From Clostridium sp. (lineage in GTDB: Bacteria > Bacillota > Clostridia > Clostridiales > Clostridiaceae): 64,000 nt of DNA. Both the position numbers and the translations under genes were made by a program. Below are positions 10,291-19,178 of the stretch, one piece after another (positions within the stretch are counted from its first letter, which is position 1; each line of letters starts with the position of its first letter). The stretch covers positions 38,257 through 102,256 of the forward strand of contig NZ_JAVXAO010000001.1 of assembly GCF_036660475.1 (NCBI RefSeq), in the 5' to 3' direction. The notes below the pieces were generated by a model. That model did no database searches and was not told the DNA's origin. It worked only from the letters and a program-made list of their open reading frames with translations.

Positions 10291-10342
10291 ATAAAATATA
10301 ATTAATATTATGGAAAATAATATATGAAAGGTGCGATATTTA

Positions 10343-12247
10343 ATGAACTTTATAAAAGTTGGTTCTGCCTGCCCTATTACTAATGTGGCTGATGTGGACT
10401 TCAATTTAGACGAAATTAAAAAATGCCTTAATAAAGCTATTGATGAAGAAGTTAAGGTGTTGGTTTTCCCAGAGCTTTGCATAACTTCATATAGCTGTAG
10501 TGATTTATTTTTTCAAGAAAGATTACTAGAGAAATCTCAAATAGCAATTGAAAATCTTTGCGTATATTCTGAGAATAGAGATATTTTATTCACTGTTGGC
10601 GCTCCCTTTGAGTATGATGATGTGCTCTATAATGCAGCTTTTATGATATTTAATGGAAAAATTCTTGGTATTGTTCCAAAGAGTTATCTTCCTAATGCTT
10701 CTGAGTTTTATGAAAAGCGTTGGTTTAGCAGTGGACTTAACATAACTTCAAGAAGAATAGATTTTCCATTCCAAAAAAGCATTCCTTTTGGAACAAACCT
10801 AATGTTTAGAAGTGGGGATGTTTGTGTTGGTGTAGAAATCTGTGAAGATCTATGGGTTACAATTCCACCTAGTAGTTTTCTATCCCTTGCTGGCTGTAAT
10901 ATAATTTGCAATCTCTCTTCCTCTAATGAGCTAGTTAGTAAGGCTGACTATAGAAGAGACCTTATAAGAAATCAGAGTGCTAGATGTATGACTTCTTATA
11001 TCTATTCTTCTAGTGGAGTTTTTGAATCTAGTACAGATGTATTATTTAGTGGTCATCTACTAATCAGTGAAAATGGCTCAATGTTAGCTGAAAATGAGAG
11101 ATTTAATCGTGAAAGTGAAGTTATCACTACAATTGTTGATATTGATAAATTAAAGGCTGAAAGATTAAAGAATATAAGCTTTAGAGATAACAAGGCTTTA
11201 GTACCCTTTGAAATGGATACTGTAAACTTTAAATTTAATAGCACAAGTATTGAAACCTTTAATAGATATGTAGATAAACACCCTTTTGTACCTTCAAATC
11301 CTCTTGAAAGAGATAAACGTGCAAAGGAAATATTCAATATTCAAAGTGCTGCCCTTGCAAAACGATTTACTCATACTGGACTTAATAAAGCAGTAATTGG
11401 GATATCTGGTGGTCTTGATTCTACATTGGCACTGCTTGTAGTTGTAAAAACCTTCGATATGCTTAAAATACCTAGAGAAAACATAGTAACTATCACAATG
11501 CCTGGTTTTGGTACCACTGATAGAACCTACAATAATGCTCTAGAACTTTGCAAAAACCTTGATACAGATCTAAGAGAAATAAATATTGTGGATGCATGTT
11601 TACACCACTTTAAAGATATAGGTCACCCTGTAGATCAACATGATGTAACCTATGAGAATGTTCAAGCAAGAGAAAGAACACAAATCCTTATGGATCTTGC
11701 AAATAAAGAAGGTGGACTTTTAATTGGAACTGGTGATTTATCCGAGTTAGCCCTTGGATGGTGCACTTATAACGGTGATCATATGTCTATGTACTCTGTA
11801 AACTGCTCTATTCCAAAGACTCTTGTAAGATATCTAGTGGATTATGTTGCTGAGCATGAAAGCACTGAAGAAGTATCTAAAATTCTTTTTGATGTTCTTG
11901 ATACTCCAGTAAGTCCTGAGCTGCTTCCAAAGGATAAAGACGGCAAAATAACACAAAAGACTGAGGATATAGTTGGACCTTATGAACTCCATGACTTTTT
12001 CCTATATAACTTTATGAAGCACGGTGCTTCTAAGGAACGTATAGAATTTTTAGCTAAGGTGGCCTTTAAAGATGTATATTCTGAAGATGAAATTTTAAAA
12101 TGGTTAAATAAGTTCATGACAAGATTCTTTACACAGCAGTTCAAGCGTTCTGCTCTGCCTGATGGTCCTAAGGTTGGTTCTATCAGCCTATCTCCTAGAG
12201 GGGATTTAAGAATGCCATCAGATGCAAGTTATAAAAGCTTTATATAA
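10343..12247 (+). CDS. nadE: Glutamine-dependent NAD+ synthetase
   Basis: N-terminal carbon-nitrogen hydrolase domain and C-terminal NAD synthase domain with the GISGGLDS PP-loop. ATG 10343 is preferred to GTG 10331. Confidence 0.92.
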   Translation: MNFIKVGSACPITNVADVDFNLDEIKKCLNKAIDEEVKVLVFPELCITSYSCSDLFFQERLLEKSQIAIENLCVYSENRDILFTVGAPFEYDDVLYNAAFMIFNGKILGIVPKSYLPNASEFYEKRWFSSGLNITSRRIDFPFQKSIPFGTNLMFRSGDVCVGVEICEDLWVTIPPSSFLSLAGCNIICNLSSSNELVSKADYRRDLIRNQSARCMTSYIYSSSGVFESSTDVLFSGHLLISENGSMLAENERFNRESEVITTIVDIDKLKAERLKNISFRDNKALVPFEMDTVNFKFNSTSIETFNRYVDKHPFVPSNPLERDKRAKEIFNIQSAALAKRFTHTGLNKAVIGISGGLDSTLALLVVVKTFDMLKIPRENIVTITMPGFGTTDRTYNNALELCKNLDTDLREINIVDACLHHFKDIGHPVDQHDVTYENVQARERTQILMDLANKEGGLLIGTGDLSELALGWCTYNGDHMSMYSVNCSIPKTLVRYLVDYVAEHESTEEVSKILFDVLDTPVSPELLPKDKDGKITQKTEDIVGPYELHDFFLYNFMKHGASKERIEFLAKVAFKDVYSEDEILKWLNKFMTRFFTQQFKRSALPDGPKVGSISLSPRGDLRMPSDASYKSFI

Positions 12248-12270
12248 TTTCAAGTAGCAAATATAAAATT

Positions 12271-12296
12271 AGGAGTTTCATTTTCATGAAACTCCT
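12271..12296. terminator. Bidirectional hairpin between nadE and the yaaR-like gene
   Basis: aggagtttcat-tttc-atgaaactcct. Confidence 0.5.
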
Positions 12297-12351
12297 TCTC
12301 ACATGCATTCGAATGAGTAAGTTCCACTGACCAAATGTAAAATTTGGAGTG

Positions 12352-12774
12352 TCACTTATATATGTCTACTATTAGACCTGATATTTCGTCTATGGTGCTT
12401 GCTATGTCTAGATTTTCTCTTTCTTCATTTAGTAACATTTGTGTTAATTCTTCTAGTTTGTTATCTACAGTTTCAATTGTTACAAAGTATTGTGTTTGCC
12501 AAAAACTTATGTCTTTTTTTACTGAATACATAAATGCAAGAACAGATTCTAGGTATTCTTTTATCTCTTTTTTATAAGCCCTTACATCGGCATAGCACTT
12601 AGAAATTACAAGTCTACTACCTTTAGCTTTTATATTTTTAAGCATTTTCTTTAAATCTTCTTCGGATTTTTGTTCTCTAGCAAAATTAAAATTTTTAGAG
12701 AAGTCTTGTTTACCACTTACTGGAACTCCCTCTCTTTTTATTGGAGTACTTCTCCCAACTTTTGATATTTCCAA
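12352..12774 (-). CDS. YaaR/DUF327 family protein
   Basis: 140 aa. Its size and pattern are typical of DUF327 in sporeformers. RBS gggagggg. Confidence 0.7.
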   Translation of the reverse strand: MEISKVGRSTPIKREGVPVSGKQDFSKNFNFAREQKSEEDLKKMLKNIKAKGSRLVISKCYADVRAYKKEIKEYLESVLAFMYSVKKDISFWQTQYFVTIETVDNKLEELTQMLLNEERENLDIASTIDEISGLIVDIYK

Positions 12775-12876
12775 ACTAACCCCTCCCTTACAATATAGTT
12801 ATATTATAAGTAAACTTACGGGGTTTTTCTATAGATTCTTTATTTTAATTGTTAAATTATACTTCGGAGGAAAATT

Positions 12877-13476
12877 ATGAAAAAATTATTAGACATGTTT
12901 ATTACCTTCTTTAAAATAGGCGCCTTCACTTTTGGTGGTGGCTACGCTATGATTCCACTTATCGAAAGAGAAGTGGTAGAAACTCACCCTTGGATATCTA
13001 AAGATGAGTTTATAGATATAATTGCTATATCTCAAAGTTTTCCCGGAGCCTTAGCTATAAATAGTTGCACCTTTATTGGTTATAAAATAGGGGGAACCTT
13101 AGGTGCTGTTCTAGGCCTCCTTGGGGTTGCTCTTCCTTCCTTTATTATTATACTAATAATTGCTATGGCTTTTAGTAAATTTCGAGATCTATATGTTATA
13201 GAACTCATATTTAAGGGAATTAATGCAGCTGTTCCACTTCTTGTTCTAGTTGGGGTCAATAGCCTCGCTAAGGTTCTCTCAAAAACTACTACAAATATCA
13301 TTATTATTATAATAACTATAGTTCTTTCTGTATTTTTAAATGTAAATCCTGTTTATATAATCCTTCTCGCTGCCATATACGGAATATTTATAAATAAGGA
13401 TAATCAAAACTCAACGGATTCTAAAAATCCTAATGATGAATCAACCTCCCAAGTTAATATAAAGGAGGAAAAATAA
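12877..13476 (+). CDS. Chromate transporter family protein (short-chain CHR, half 1)
   Basis: FGGGYAMIPLIEREVV motif and a multi-TM profile. Confidence 0.85.
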   Translation: MKKLLDMFITFFKIGAFTFGGGYAMIPLIEREVVETHPWISKDEFIDIIAISQSFPGALAINSCTFIGYKIGGTLGAVLGLLGVALPSFIIILIIAMAFSKFRDLYVIELIFKGINAAVPLLVLVGVNSLAKVLSKTTTNIIIIIITIVLSVFLNVNPVYIILLAAIYGIFINKDNQNSTDSKNPNDESTSQVNIKEEK

Positions 13477-14016
13477 ATGTTATTATTAAAATTATATCTA
13501 GCCTTTTTAAAAGTTGGAACCTTTGGCTTTGGTGGTGGATATGCTATGCTTCCTTTAATTCAAAAGGAAATTGTGGATAACAACGCTTGGATTTCCCACT
13601 CAGATTTCGTTGATATTATAGGTATATCTCAAATGACTCCTGGGCCAATTGCTATAAATTCTGCTACCTTTGTAGGTTATCGAACTGCTGGATTTATTGG
13701 AAGTATAGTTGCAACTCTAGGAGTTGTTACAACATCCTTTATACTTATATCCTTTGCCAATTATTTCTTTACTAAATTCAAAAATTCTAAAATTTTAAGT
13801 AATGCACTTAAGGGTATGAGACCTGCACTTATTGGACTTATAATATCTGTATTTTTAACACTTAGCTTTGAATCCTATAGAGATTTAAATAGTTTAATAA
13901 TAGCAGTAATCATAGGTTTCTTACTATATAAAACTAAAATACATCCTATACTTATCATTGTTATTGCAGCATTACTTGGTATTCTATTTTATGGAATAGT
14001 TCCTGCAATATTTTAA
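13477..14016 (+). CDS. Chromate transporter family protein (short-chain CHR, half 2)
   Basis: FGGGYAMLPLIQKEIV motif. The start codon immediately follows the stop of half 1. Confidence 0.85.
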   Translation: MLLLKLYLAFLKVGTFGFGGGYAMLPLIQKEIVDNNAWISHSDFVDIIGISQMTPGPIAINSATFVGYRTAGFIGSIVATLGVVTTSFILISFANYFFTKFKNSKILSNALKGMRPALIGLIISVFLTLSFESYRDLNSLIIAVIIGFLLYKTKIHPILIIVIAALLGILFYGIVPAIF

Positions 14017-14118
14017 TCCTTTTTGATTTTAACTGTTCACATTTTCAGTTATATATTTAATTTTCCCTTGCATTTAGCTAAATTGTGGCTTATAATTTTA
14101 TTTATAAGTATAAGTTCC

Positions 14119-14211
14119 ATATGAGGGAGTAATTACTAGCTTTTAACACTAGGACAAGATCAACATCCTGGCTTTTCAGTCTGGTCTTGGATTAAATAAT
14201 GAGACTCATAT
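14119..14211 (+). ncRNA. Candidate yybP-ykoY (Mn2+) riboswitch aptamer
   Basis: P1 atatgag/ctcatat. GGGAGUAA lies just inside the 5' P1 strand and GAGAC just inside the 3' P1 strand. There is an UCAACAU segment and two internal hairpins. It sits upstream of a P-type ATPase, and its 3' P1 strand is shared with a terminator stem. Confidence 0.5.
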
Positions 14212-14250
14212 ATAGCAGTATAACTGGCTATATATGAGTCTTTTATTTTA
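14203..14250 (+). terminator. Leader terminator (expression platform) overlapping the aptamer P1
   Basis: Perfect 14-bp stem gactcatatatagc/gctatatatgagtc followed by ttttatttta. Confidence 0.7.
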
Positions 14251-14442
14251 CATACATATGTGCTTATATTTTAGTTAATATTATATATATATTTTTAATT
14301 AAAAGTGTACAATTTATAATTTAAAATTAAAGATAAAATGTATAAATTTAATTAGACTATATATCTATATAAATTAGTAAAATACACTAACTAAATCTTA
14401 GATTTAAAGTGTAACCACAATAAAATTTTATGAGGTGATTTT

Positions 14443-17094
14443 ATGTATTTTAATGACTCTAGTGAGGATGTCATAAGTAAATTTAAGACCAATCCCACTA
14501 CTGGATTAACCACAGCACAAGTTGAGGAAATGAAAGCTAAATATGGTTTAAACAAACTTGCTTCCAAAAAGAGAAAAACCAAAGTTCAGTTATTCTTTGC
14601 CCAACTAAATGATATCCTAATTTATATTTTAATAGTTGCTGCTATTCTTTCTGTGGTTGTTGGTAAAGAATTCAGTGATGCAATAATTATAGGTATTGTT
14701 ATTCTTGTTAATGCAACCGTAGGAATGATTCAAGAATCTAAAGCTGAAAAGGCCCTTGATGCTTTAAAAGAGCTATCAACGCCTAAGGCAATTGTAAAAC
14801 GTAATGGTGAACTTGTAGAGCTTGCCTCTGAAGAGGTTGTTCCTGGTGATATCATCGTTATTGATGCAGGTAGATTTATTCCTTGTGACATACGTCTTAT
14901 AGAAAGTGCCAACCTTAAGGTTGAAGAATCTGCTCTAACAGGAGAATCTGTTCCTGTAGATAAGAATGCTTCTTTAGTTATTCAAGATGAAAAAGTATCT
15001 CTTGGGGATAAAAAGAACATGGCATTTATGTCTACTTTAGCTACCTATGGCAGAGGTATAGGTGTTGCCGTTGCCACAGGTATGAGTACTGAAATTGGTA
15101 AGATAGCAAAAATGCTTGATGAAGGTGAGAATGAACTTACCCCTCTACAAAAGAAACTTGAACAGCTTGGTAAAGTTCTTGGGATTGCAGCTATTGTTAT
15201 ATGTGCTGTAATGTTTGCAGTAGGACTATTCCAAGGTAGAGAAATGGCAGATATGTTTATGATTTCTATCAGTCTTGCCGTTGCCGCAATTCCAGAAGGT
15301 CTTGCAGCTATCGTAACTATAGTTCTTGCTATAGGTGTTCAAAAGATGATAAAACAGAATGCTATTATAAGAAAATTACCTTCTGTTGAAACTTTAGGTT
15401 CTGTAAATATTATTTGTTCAGATAAAACTGGAACTTTAACTCAAAACAAAATGACAGTAGTTAAATTCTTTGTAGACAATAAATTAAACGAGGCATCAAC
15501 TCTCGACATAAAAAAACCTAGCGATAAACTTTTACTTGAAAATATAGTGCTTTGTAATGATGCCACATCCACTGCTAGTTCTAAAACTGGTGATCCAACA
15601 GAGATAGCCCTTTTAGATGTAGGTAATATGTTTGAAATCTATAAGGATGATTTAAATAATACTCATAAAAGAGTTGACGAAATTCCTTTTGATTCCGATA
15701 GAAAACTTATGACTACAGTAAACACCTATGATGATAAGTTCTATGTAATGACAAAAGGTGCTACTGATAATCTTATACCTTTATGTACTTCTGCTTATAT
15801 AAACGGTGAAATTGTACCTTTAACTGAGGACATTAAAAATAACTTCTTAGAAGCGGCAACCGACATGTCAAATGACGCTATAAGAGTTCTTGGTTCTGCG
15901 TTTAAGGTAATTACTTCAACTCATGTGGAAGTTGACACCTTAGAAAACGAATTAACCTTCATTGGCCTTGTAGGAATGATTGACCCACCTAGACTTGAAG
16001 TTAAAGATTCTATAGAAATTTGTAAAACTTCAGGAATAAAAACTATAATGATTACTGGTGACCATAAGAATACTGCCTTTGCCATTGCAAAGGAACTTCT
16101 AATCGCAGAAGACATAAGTCAGGTTACTAGCGGTGCTGAAATAGATGATATTTCTGATGAGGAACTTGCAAATAGATGTGACAACCTAAGAGTTTTTGCT
16201 AGGGTTTCTCCAGAGCATAAAGTTAGAATAGTAAAAGCCTTTAAATCAAAGGGCAATATTGTATCCATGACTGGTGATGGTGTTAATGATGCCCCTTCCC
16301 TAAAAGCTGCTGATATTGGTGTAGCCATGGGTATTACAGGTACAGACGTTGCTAAAGGTGCTGCTGATATGGTATTAACCGATGACAACTTCTCTACTAT
16401 TGTTGCAGCCATTGGAGAAGGTAGAAATATCTTTAACAATATAAAGAAATCTGTAATATTCCTAATTTCTTGTAATGCAGGTGAAATTGTTGCACTATTC
16501 TTTGGTATTCTATTTGGATGGGCAGCTCCACTTAATGCAACTCATATATTATGGGTTAACTTAATTACAGACTCCTTCCCAGCTCTTGCCCTTGGTGTAG
16601 ACCCTGGTGATAAAGATGTAATGAAGCATAAACCAAGAAATCCAAAAGACAGTCTTTTCAAAGGCTCATTATTCACTCTTCTATTTAACGGTGTTTTAAT
16701 TGGTTCACTAACTCTTATAGGATTCGTATACGGAGTTATGAAATATGGTGACACAGGTGTTACTCTTGTAAATATAGCAAATAACCCTACAGCATTAATG
16801 CATGCTCAAACTATAGCCTTTGTAGTTCTTAGCGGAACTCAATTGGTTCATGCTTTAAATATGAGAAGTCCTGATAAATCAATATTCAAAATTGGTATTT
16901 TCTCAAACATGTATTTAATTTATGCTATACTCCTTGGAGTAGGCTTACAGGTAGCAGTTATTTATATACCACCAATTGCTAATTTATTTAATGTAATACC
17001 ACTAACACTAGCAGACTGGGGACTTGTAACAATTCTTAGTTTAATACCATTAGTTGTTAATGAAATAATAAAACTATTTATTAAAGATAAATAA
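14443..17094 (+). CDS. Cation-translocating P-type ATPase (P2A, Ca2+/Mn2+-type)
   Basis: TGES, DKTGTLT and MTGDGVNDAPSLK motifs, 883 aa, 10-TM architecture. Confidence 0.92.
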   Translation: MYFNDSSEDVISKFKTNPTTGLTTAQVEEMKAKYGLNKLASKKRKTKVQLFFAQLNDILIYILIVAAILSVVVGKEFSDAIIIGIVILVNATVGMIQESKAEKALDALKELSTPKAIVKRNGELVELASEEVVPGDIIVIDAGRFIPCDIRLIESANLKVEESALTGESVPVDKNASLVIQDEKVSLGDKKNMAFMSTLATYGRGIGVAVATGMSTEIGKIAKMLDEGENELTPLQKKLEQLGKVLGIAAIVICAVMFAVGLFQGREMADMFMISISLAVAAIPEGLAAIVTIVLAIGVQKMIKQNAIIRKLPSVETLGSVNIICSDKTGTLTQNKMTVVKFFVDNKLNEASTLDIKKPSDKLLLENIVLCNDATSTASSKTGDPTEIALLDVGNMFEIYKDDLNNTHKRVDEIPFDSDRKLMTTVNTYDDKFYVMTKGATDNLIPLCTSAYINGEIVPLTEDIKNNFLEAATDMSNDAIRVLGSAFKVITSTHVEVDTLENELTFIGLVGMIDPPRLEVKDSIEICKTSGIKTIMITGDHKNTAFAIAKELLIAEDISQVTSGAEIDDISDEELANRCDNLRVFARVSPEHKVRIVKAFKSKGNIVSMTGDGVNDAPSLKAADIGVAMGITGTDVAKGAADMVLTDDNFSTIVAAIGEGRNIFNNIKKSVIFLISCNAGEIVALFFGILFGWAAPLNATHILWVNLITDSFPALALGVDPGDKDVMKHKPRNPKDSLFKGSLFTLLFNGVLIGSLTLIGFVYGVMKYGDTGVTLVNIANNPTALMHAQTIAFVVLSGTQLVHALNMRSPDKSIFKIGIFSNMYLIYAILLGVGLQVAVIYIPPIANLFNVIPLTLADWGLVTILSLIPLVVNEIIKLFIKDK

Positions 17095-17125
17095 AAAATA
17101 AATAGTTATAGATAAGCTCTAAAAG

Positions 17126-17180
17126 ATGCCCTATGAAGTAGACTTTTACTAAGTCACATCATAGGGTATTTTTTATTTTT
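17126..17180 (+). terminator. Terminator of the ATPase gene
   Basis: atgccctatga ... tcatagggtat followed by tttttatttttt. Confidence 0.65.
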
Positions 17181-17351
17181 TTATTAACTCCTAATATAAA
17201 ATTTCAATGAATTATATTAACTTTTTATCCCATCTCAATTATAAAACCCCAATTAATCAACTCTAATTCTCTACTATATATTCCAAATACCTTCGCACCC
17301 CGAAACGTAACTATCCTTTTCAAAGTTTTTGTTACTTTTTTCTAAAATCTA

Positions 17352-17365
17352 TTGTATTTATACAA
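17352..17365. promoter_or_regulatory. Palindrome TTGTAT-TT-ATACAA in the promoter of the RRNPP regulator (candidate operator)
   Basis: Perfect 6-2-6 inverted repeat about 90 nt upstream of the TTG start. A related palindrome precedes the paralog. Confidence 0.35.
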
Positions 17366-17451
17366 AATATGCTATAAGATATAATTATAGTAACATTATT
17401 AGAATTTTCTTAATACTATAATGTTAATACTAACTAAGGAGATGAAAACAT

Positions 17452-18726
17452 TTGAACTTCTTCAGCCCAGGCGAAAAGATAAAAATATTCAGAAAAAAAT
17501 TAAACATTAAACAGATTGAGCTTGAAGAAATAGGTGTTTCTAGAAATTACATAAGCATGGTAGAAAGCGATAAGCGCAATCTTACCGGAAAAACTTTAGA
17601 AAAATTAGTAGAATTTATAAAAAATAAAGCTACTGCTTTGAATATTAATATTGATATTGATAAAGATAGCCTAGTATTAAGTAGAGAAGAGCAAGCTTTA
17701 AACTACTGTAATGATAAATTATTATCTGATTTAGATTTAGCTGGAATTAACCAGATTATATCTATTGGTGAAAAATATAAATTGTTTGATATTTTATCTA
17801 CTGTTTATTTTCTAAAGGGAGACTTATTATATTCTGAAAATCTATTTGATAAAGCAATTATATTTTATTATGATGCATTAGAGCTTTATGATTCCAATAC
17901 TGATGATACTATTAAAGCTCAACTATATAATAAACTTGGAAAGTGCAAGCTTCAAACTCTATGTTACGAAGAAGCCCTAGCATATTTCTTCAAGTGTCAT
18001 TTTCATTTAAATGAAGGTACCGATAAAATCAGTTATCAAAACTGTATATTTAATATAGCTATTACCTATAAAAAGATGGGTGAATTTGATAATGCACTTT
18101 TATATATAAATAAACTCTTATCAATATTAAATGCAGATGACAACCTTGATATTTATATTGATATGATGATTTTAGAAGCTAATTGTTATATTAGTAAAAA
18201 TGAATATACTGCAGCCATAAAAATATATAATCACGCTATAAATGTATATGGCAGTAAGTTAGGGACATCACTTGGGTATATATACAACAATCTAGGATTG
18301 ATATATACAGATATAAATGAAATTGAAAATGCAATAGACTACTTTGATAAGTCTATTTATATCAGGCAGTTTGAAGATACTTCTACACTATCCCATTCCC
18401 TAATTAATAAATCAACAGTATACGTCAAACTTAATTCTAATGATGAGGCTATAGATTTATTAAAAAATGGTATCTCCCTAGCCATCAAATATGGCGATAA
18501 AGAATATATGTTAAAAGGATATATGTTACTAGCTGAGTTGTACTCAAATATAAATGATTCTAGAAAATTACAAGAAATTTATTTGAACTTAGTAACTATT
18601 CTTAAAGATACTGATTCAGATAAGTTAGTTGATATATACATTAAGCTTTCCGTTCTCTACCTCGATACTGAAAACTATGAAAAATGTAGGGAATATTTAA
18701 TTAAAGCTCAAGAGTTTACAAAATGA
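17452..18726 (+). CDS. RRNPP-family quorum-sensing regulator (XRE-type HTH plus TPR peptide-binding domain)
   Basis: N-terminal HTH_3 (IKQIELEEIGVSRNYISMVESDKRNLT) followed by about 350 aa of TPR-like repeats. TTG start lies 9 nt after aaggag. A secreted-peptide gene follows immediately downstream. Confidence 0.8.
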   Translation: MNFFSPGEKIKIFRKKLNIKQIELEEIGVSRNYISMVESDKRNLTGKTLEKLVEFIKNKATALNINIDIDKDSLVLSREEQALNYCNDKLLSDLDLAGINQIISIGEKYKLFDILSTVYFLKGDLLYSENLFDKAIIFYYDALELYDSNTDDTIKAQLYNKLGKCKLQTLCYEEALAYFFKCHFHLNEGTDKISYQNCIFNIAITYKKMGEFDNALLYINKLLSILNADDNLDIYIDMMILEANCYISKNEYTAAIKIYNHAINVYGSKLGTSLGYIYNNLGLIYTDINEIENAIDYFDKSIYIRQFEDTSTLSHSLINKSTVYVKLNSNDEAIDLLKNGISLAIKYGDKEYMLKGYMLLAELYSNINDSRKLQEIYLNLVTILKDTDSDKLVDIYIKLSVLYLDTENYEKCREYLIKAQEFTK

Positions 18727-18805
18727 TACTGCAAGTTTATTGATTAATTATTTTGCTATACTTATAAAACTTTAAATAAATAATAAATAAAAAGAGGTGA
18801 TATTA

Positions 18806-18937
18806 ATGAAAAAGAAAATGACTAGAATAGTTGCATGTATTTGTATATTAGCTGTAACTGGATTCTTTGGAATTATGCGTAGTACTGATGATCCAAAACC
18901 TAGAGGTGAAGTTACACCAGTAGTTCAAAACGCTTAG
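18806..18937 (+). CDS. Candidate secreted signalling pro-peptide (43 aa), cognate to the upstream RRNPP regulator
   Basis: RBS agaggtga 7 nt upstream. Translation is MKKKMTRIVACICILAVTGFFGIMRSTDDPKPRGEVTPVVQNA: a basic N-region, a hydrophobic core and a 19-aa polar C-terminal part. A strong terminator follows. It is not in the ORF track because it is under 60 aa. Confidence 0.65.
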   Translation: MKKKMTRIVACICILAVTGFFGIMRSTDDPKPRGEVTPVVQNA

Positions 18938-18976
18938 TTTTATGAACTCAAACCTTTAATTACTAGACCTAAGTAT

Positions 18977-19034
18977 AGAACTATTCTAAATAATGACATT
19001 TAAATTCGTCATATTAGAATAGTTCTTTATTTTT
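18977..19034 (+). terminator. Terminator of the regulator/pro-peptide operon
   Basis: 13-bp stem agaactattctaa/ttagaatagttct followed by ttattttt. Confidence 0.7.
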
Positions 19035-19072
19035 GCATTTAAAATAACTATACCTATTCAACATTAAATTTA

Positions 19073-19088
19073 TTGTAATATTATACAA
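19073..19088. promoter_or_regulatory. Palindrome TTGTA-N6-TACAA upstream of the HTH-less paralog
   Basis: ttgtaatattatacaa. The surrounding ~45 bp align with the promoter region at 17350..17395. Confidence 0.3.
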
Positions 19089-19178
19089 TATAGTGTAAAA
19101 TATAACTATAATGTCCGGATAATTTGTCGATTGTTCAGAATTATTGTATAAATACTAAAGCAGGATGGTGAGAATTTT

